From positions 13,206,001 to 13,270,000 of the forward strand of contig NC_043012.1 of assembly GCF_006345805.1 (NCBI RefSeq): 64,000 nt of DNA, in the 5' to 3' direction. Below are positions 60,341 through 64,000 of the stretch, in pieces. The translations under genes were made by a program, and so were the position numbers. The stretch comes from Octopus sinensis (taxonomy: Eukaryota). Below the pieces are notes generated by a model, which was not told where the DNA came from, did not search any database, and saw only the letters and a program-made list of their open reading frames with translations. Every line of letters starts with the position of its first letter. Within the stretch, counting starts at the first letter, position 1.

Positions 60341-61782
60341 CTTTTTCTTTACCCATTCCCTTCATGTCATTTCAAAAGGTAACCTCATGTGGATCGTTGG
60401 CGATTTATTTCCCCTGTCTTCCTTATTTCCTTGGATGTTTCTCTGTACTCTGTTTCTGAAAAAGAGCTTTGATCGAAAAGTAAAACTACATTTATTTCCT
60501 TCCCTAAGTGTCTGCAAATATTTTGCATGTACCACGTACGTGCGTTGATTTTTCCTTGTGAAAGAAGGTTTGAAAATGGAATTGTAAACATGTTTATTCA
60601 CTTGACCAGTTTCACATTTTTAGAAAAAGGTTGTCAAAAGTAAAATTTAAAGTCTTGTATGTGTTTTGTTGTGTTTTAACGAAAGTATTCGAAAACAGAG
60701 ATAAATTCTTTGATAATAATAAGAAATTAATATATATATATATACTACCAAACAAACATGATTTTTATTGAACTTTTTGGAGTCCCGCTCTGATTAATTT
60801 CTCAAATACTTTCTTGTAAAATGTTTTATATATATATCTATGTGTGTAGCTAAGAAATGTTTGCTATTTTCAGGGACAGTGTGGGAGATTAGTTGGGAGG
60901 GGAGGCAGAGCAATGTAGAATTAAAGGGATTTTATTTGTTTCTGATCTAGTCCGTCATGGTTCAGTGCTTTTTTCGAACTGGTCCTAGATATCAGAATTC
61001 TGACCTCTCTATAGAAACATAAATCTGTGAAATCATAACTTACATATATTATTAGAAAGATTTTTACATTCCTGTTATGGCTTATGTTTTATGTTGTTAT
61101 CTATGTGCCTATACGATACAGGAATGAAAAACAATTTTTGATAAACCAAACATTACCCAACAAAATTATCCTGGAAAAATTGGAAACAATTCTCCACCTG
61201 AAAGAAAAATGCTTGGAATTAATGGAGAAACTATTATATTCATCTTTCGTTTAATTATTCATTTAAACTGTTTTTAATTGCAGAGATATGTAGTGGCTAC
61301 GATAGAATCTTAGAACTGGGCATCGACTAGATACAAATTTCTCTTTCCAAGAATATTAAACGAAGCTGTATTGAATATGCACCTTATGCTACGTTATAGT
61401 TAAGAAACGCTTTTGTTGATTCGATGAAAGGCAAATTTTATTCGACTCTAGAATTTGAAGTAACAAATATAATATTAGTAGGCGAGAGAAAATATTTGAA
61501 TATCAAAAGTTGAAATTTGGATAAGATATTCAAATATCCAATAGTAATTTTCAACTTATGCTACCTATGCTACTTCTACCGAAATTTCAAGTTCTACAGA
61601 CAATAGTGCGTTTTCTATAAAACTTGTATCAAGCACTTAATATAAACAGCACATTATCCATATTAGAATCAATGCAAGGGAGACTGTATACTTTGCAGAA
61701 ACATGAATTTAATTGAGAATCGTTATTAATATGTATTTATCTCAACGTATGTATGTGTGTATACACACACACACATGCACAC

Positions 61783-61859
<77 letters not shown>

Positions 61860-62929
61860 CACGTAAGAAGCAATAATAAGTCAATCTGTGTTTTAAAAGA
61901 AACTTTATGGTACACGTGTATTGCACAGCAAATATGTGTGTAGTGAACCAGCAAGAAATAACATATCCAAAAAGACTATAGCGTCTAATGTTCTTCTTTA
62001 AATAAAGCTGGTTGTCCTGATATTTTGCTTCGTTGCTGTGATATTAAATGTTCTAGATTATTGCAGTTAAATATTTTTATGATAGCATTTACGTTATGTC
62101 GATTTCAGAATATTTCTGTTTATATCTTGTTACATCTTTTCCTGTTATTTATCTATTCTAATTATAATCGCTTCCTTCAAACCTCACTCCTGTCTAAATC
62201 TTTAAAAGTTGATTTATAGGCTTAACATTATTCTCATTTCACGAGAATTAAGGTACTAGGTATTCAAATTATAAAGATCTAATCACTGTTTTCTCCAATT
62301 TTCTAGCATTTTTAACAATCAAGAGATTGCTAGAAGTAGCAGGGGAAGATCAGCTCTAAATGTTCTACAGTGATGTCCAGAAAATCACAAATGCAATATT
62401 CAAGTATTAATCACGGAAGCAATATGCATCTGTTTCCATTCTAAGCACTCAGCCAGTTTCAGAAAACCTAACCAAAATCAAGCTAAATCAAGCAAACTGA
62501 ATAAAGAAACTTAAAGGAAGAATGTGTACGTGAATGCGGTTGCAAATGTTTGCCCGGTGGTGTACCTATACGTATATATTTTTGCGTATATATTTCTGAC
62601 TGACTGCTAACAATGAAAACAACTATATATCACCTCTGTGCATAATACAGTTCCTTACCATGACAGCAAAAAACGAGAGATTATACCAGCTCAGAGCATA
62701 TTGCTTGAAATGCTTGTGAATCGGGGAAATGAGTGATTAGATATGTAAATATAATTTGGATAAGCATCATCAAAATTCTCATGAAATTTAAGAGTAACAC
62801 TTGTAAACAAATGAGTAGGTGATGGAAATGCCTCGAAATCTCATTAGAAGACTTTTCAACAAATGAATTTCATCGTTTACTCTACTGATACTACAAAATA
62901 TGCGATAATTTTAAATATTGAACATATTA

Positions 62930-63477
62930 TTGGGTTGTCCGGAGAGTTCGTGCCGATTTATAGTAGCTTATATTTCGACTTATTTTAGAACATGGTTGAG
63001 TCCATAAAATAGGATTTGACTACACCTCAATTTAGAACACAGTTTAAGCTATCTTTTCATGGAAGAAGGTTTATGTTCCTATAACCTGTTTTAATTATGT
63101 AACCCTTTAAAATGGAAGATAAGAAAGTTCATTTTCGGCACTTGATGCTTTGGGAACCAGAAAAAAATTGCTGCATCTCGGCTGGGATGTATTAACCGAC
63201 CCTCCATATTCACCAGGTATTGCTCCTTCGGATTTCCACTTATTCAGGTCTCTGCGGAATAGTCTTAATGGTACGAATTTCAATTTCTTGGATGACGTAA
63301 AACGATACCTTGACGAATTATTTGCCATGAAACCACCTCAATTTAAGTTAAAGGAAAGATGGAGACGCATTGTGCAACAAAACTGTTCGTATTTGGTTGA
63401 TTAAAAATGTAATGACAAATATTTATTGACCTTTTTCTTTCGTTTCAAAATCGGCACGAACTTTCCGGACAAGCGAT
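62930..63477 (+). mobile_element. internally deleted mariner (548 bp) with intact TIRs
   Basis: TIRs TTGGGTTGTCCGGAGAGTTCGTGCCGATTT / AAATCGGCACGAACTTTCCGGACAAGCGAT with TA on both sides. The N-terminus MEDKKVHFRHLMLW (ATG at 63112) is fused at ~63155 to the C-terminus GWDVLTDPPYSPGIAPSDFHLFRSL. Confidence 0.92.
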
Positions 63478-64000
63478 TACTTATTGGTTTTGACAGGCAG
63501 ATAGCAAAAATACGCTTGGAGGCGTCAATTAATTAAAAGTTAGGTGTGATTTGATGGAATACAGAGGAATAATTATAATATATATATTACTGCGATAAAA
63601 TGTAGTGACTGATTGGAGACTGACTCCTGCATCCAAATTTTTTAGCGATTTCGTTACTTTGTTATAACGTTTTGATGGGTTGCTTGATAATGATTTTAGT
63701 GGAAACAGTTGGGCACTCACACAAAATGCCCTAACTACATTTATCTGAATACGAAGTGAATAAGTAGGGATCCCATCATTTTATGTGACTGTCCGTGTAC
63801 ACCTACACATACATGCACATACGCGCATAAGATATAATGATGTTTAATGTTTGTATTCATAGTAACACTTTTGAGAATATATATATATATATAAAAACGG
63901 TAAGATAACAAAAGAAAGAAAGAGACCTCAATATTATGTAAATAGAGGAAATTTATCTATAAAATGGATGGATGGAAGCTCTCCGTCGGTTACGACGATG

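Noticed and set aside
59280-60548. Long ORFs of 200-380 aa on both strands
   Set aside because: They are translations of (CATA)n/(TATG)n, which lack stops in several frames; there is no domain content.

Overview
This is AT-rich, repeat-saturated eukaryotic genomic DNA. It is almost certainly from an octopod cephalopod, an inference from tRNA-derived octopus-type SINEs with central microsatellites and very dense (AAT)n/(TA)n/(CA)n tracts. No host protein-coding exon could be identified, and almost all ORFs in the track are microsatellite artefacts. The real coding signal comes from transposons: CR1-type LINEs (1-890; 43191-43917), several R4/Dong-clade RLE retrotransposons sitting in (AAT)n arrays (8.5-9.3, 15.0-16.6, 52.2-53.8 kb), Penelope-like elements (45.6-47.6 kb), an RTE fragment, mariner/Tc1 elements and MITEs, Helitron-like elements and more than 20 SINE copies. 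The most interesting observations are: (1) a ~550-bp non-coding element found twice inside (AAT)n arrays with one fixed end, a candidate non-autonomous partner of the (AAT)n-targeting Dong elements; (2) a CR1 ORF2 that has no AUG, overlaps ORF1 in the -1 frame and has two correctly phased slippery heptamers; (3) four hammerhead-ribozyme-like motifs; (4) an old triplicated ~0.8-kb unit downstream of a Penelope relic; (5) a pri-miRNA-like hairpin at 50.76-50.82 kb. All alignments, translations and counts were done by hand; no database searches were run.
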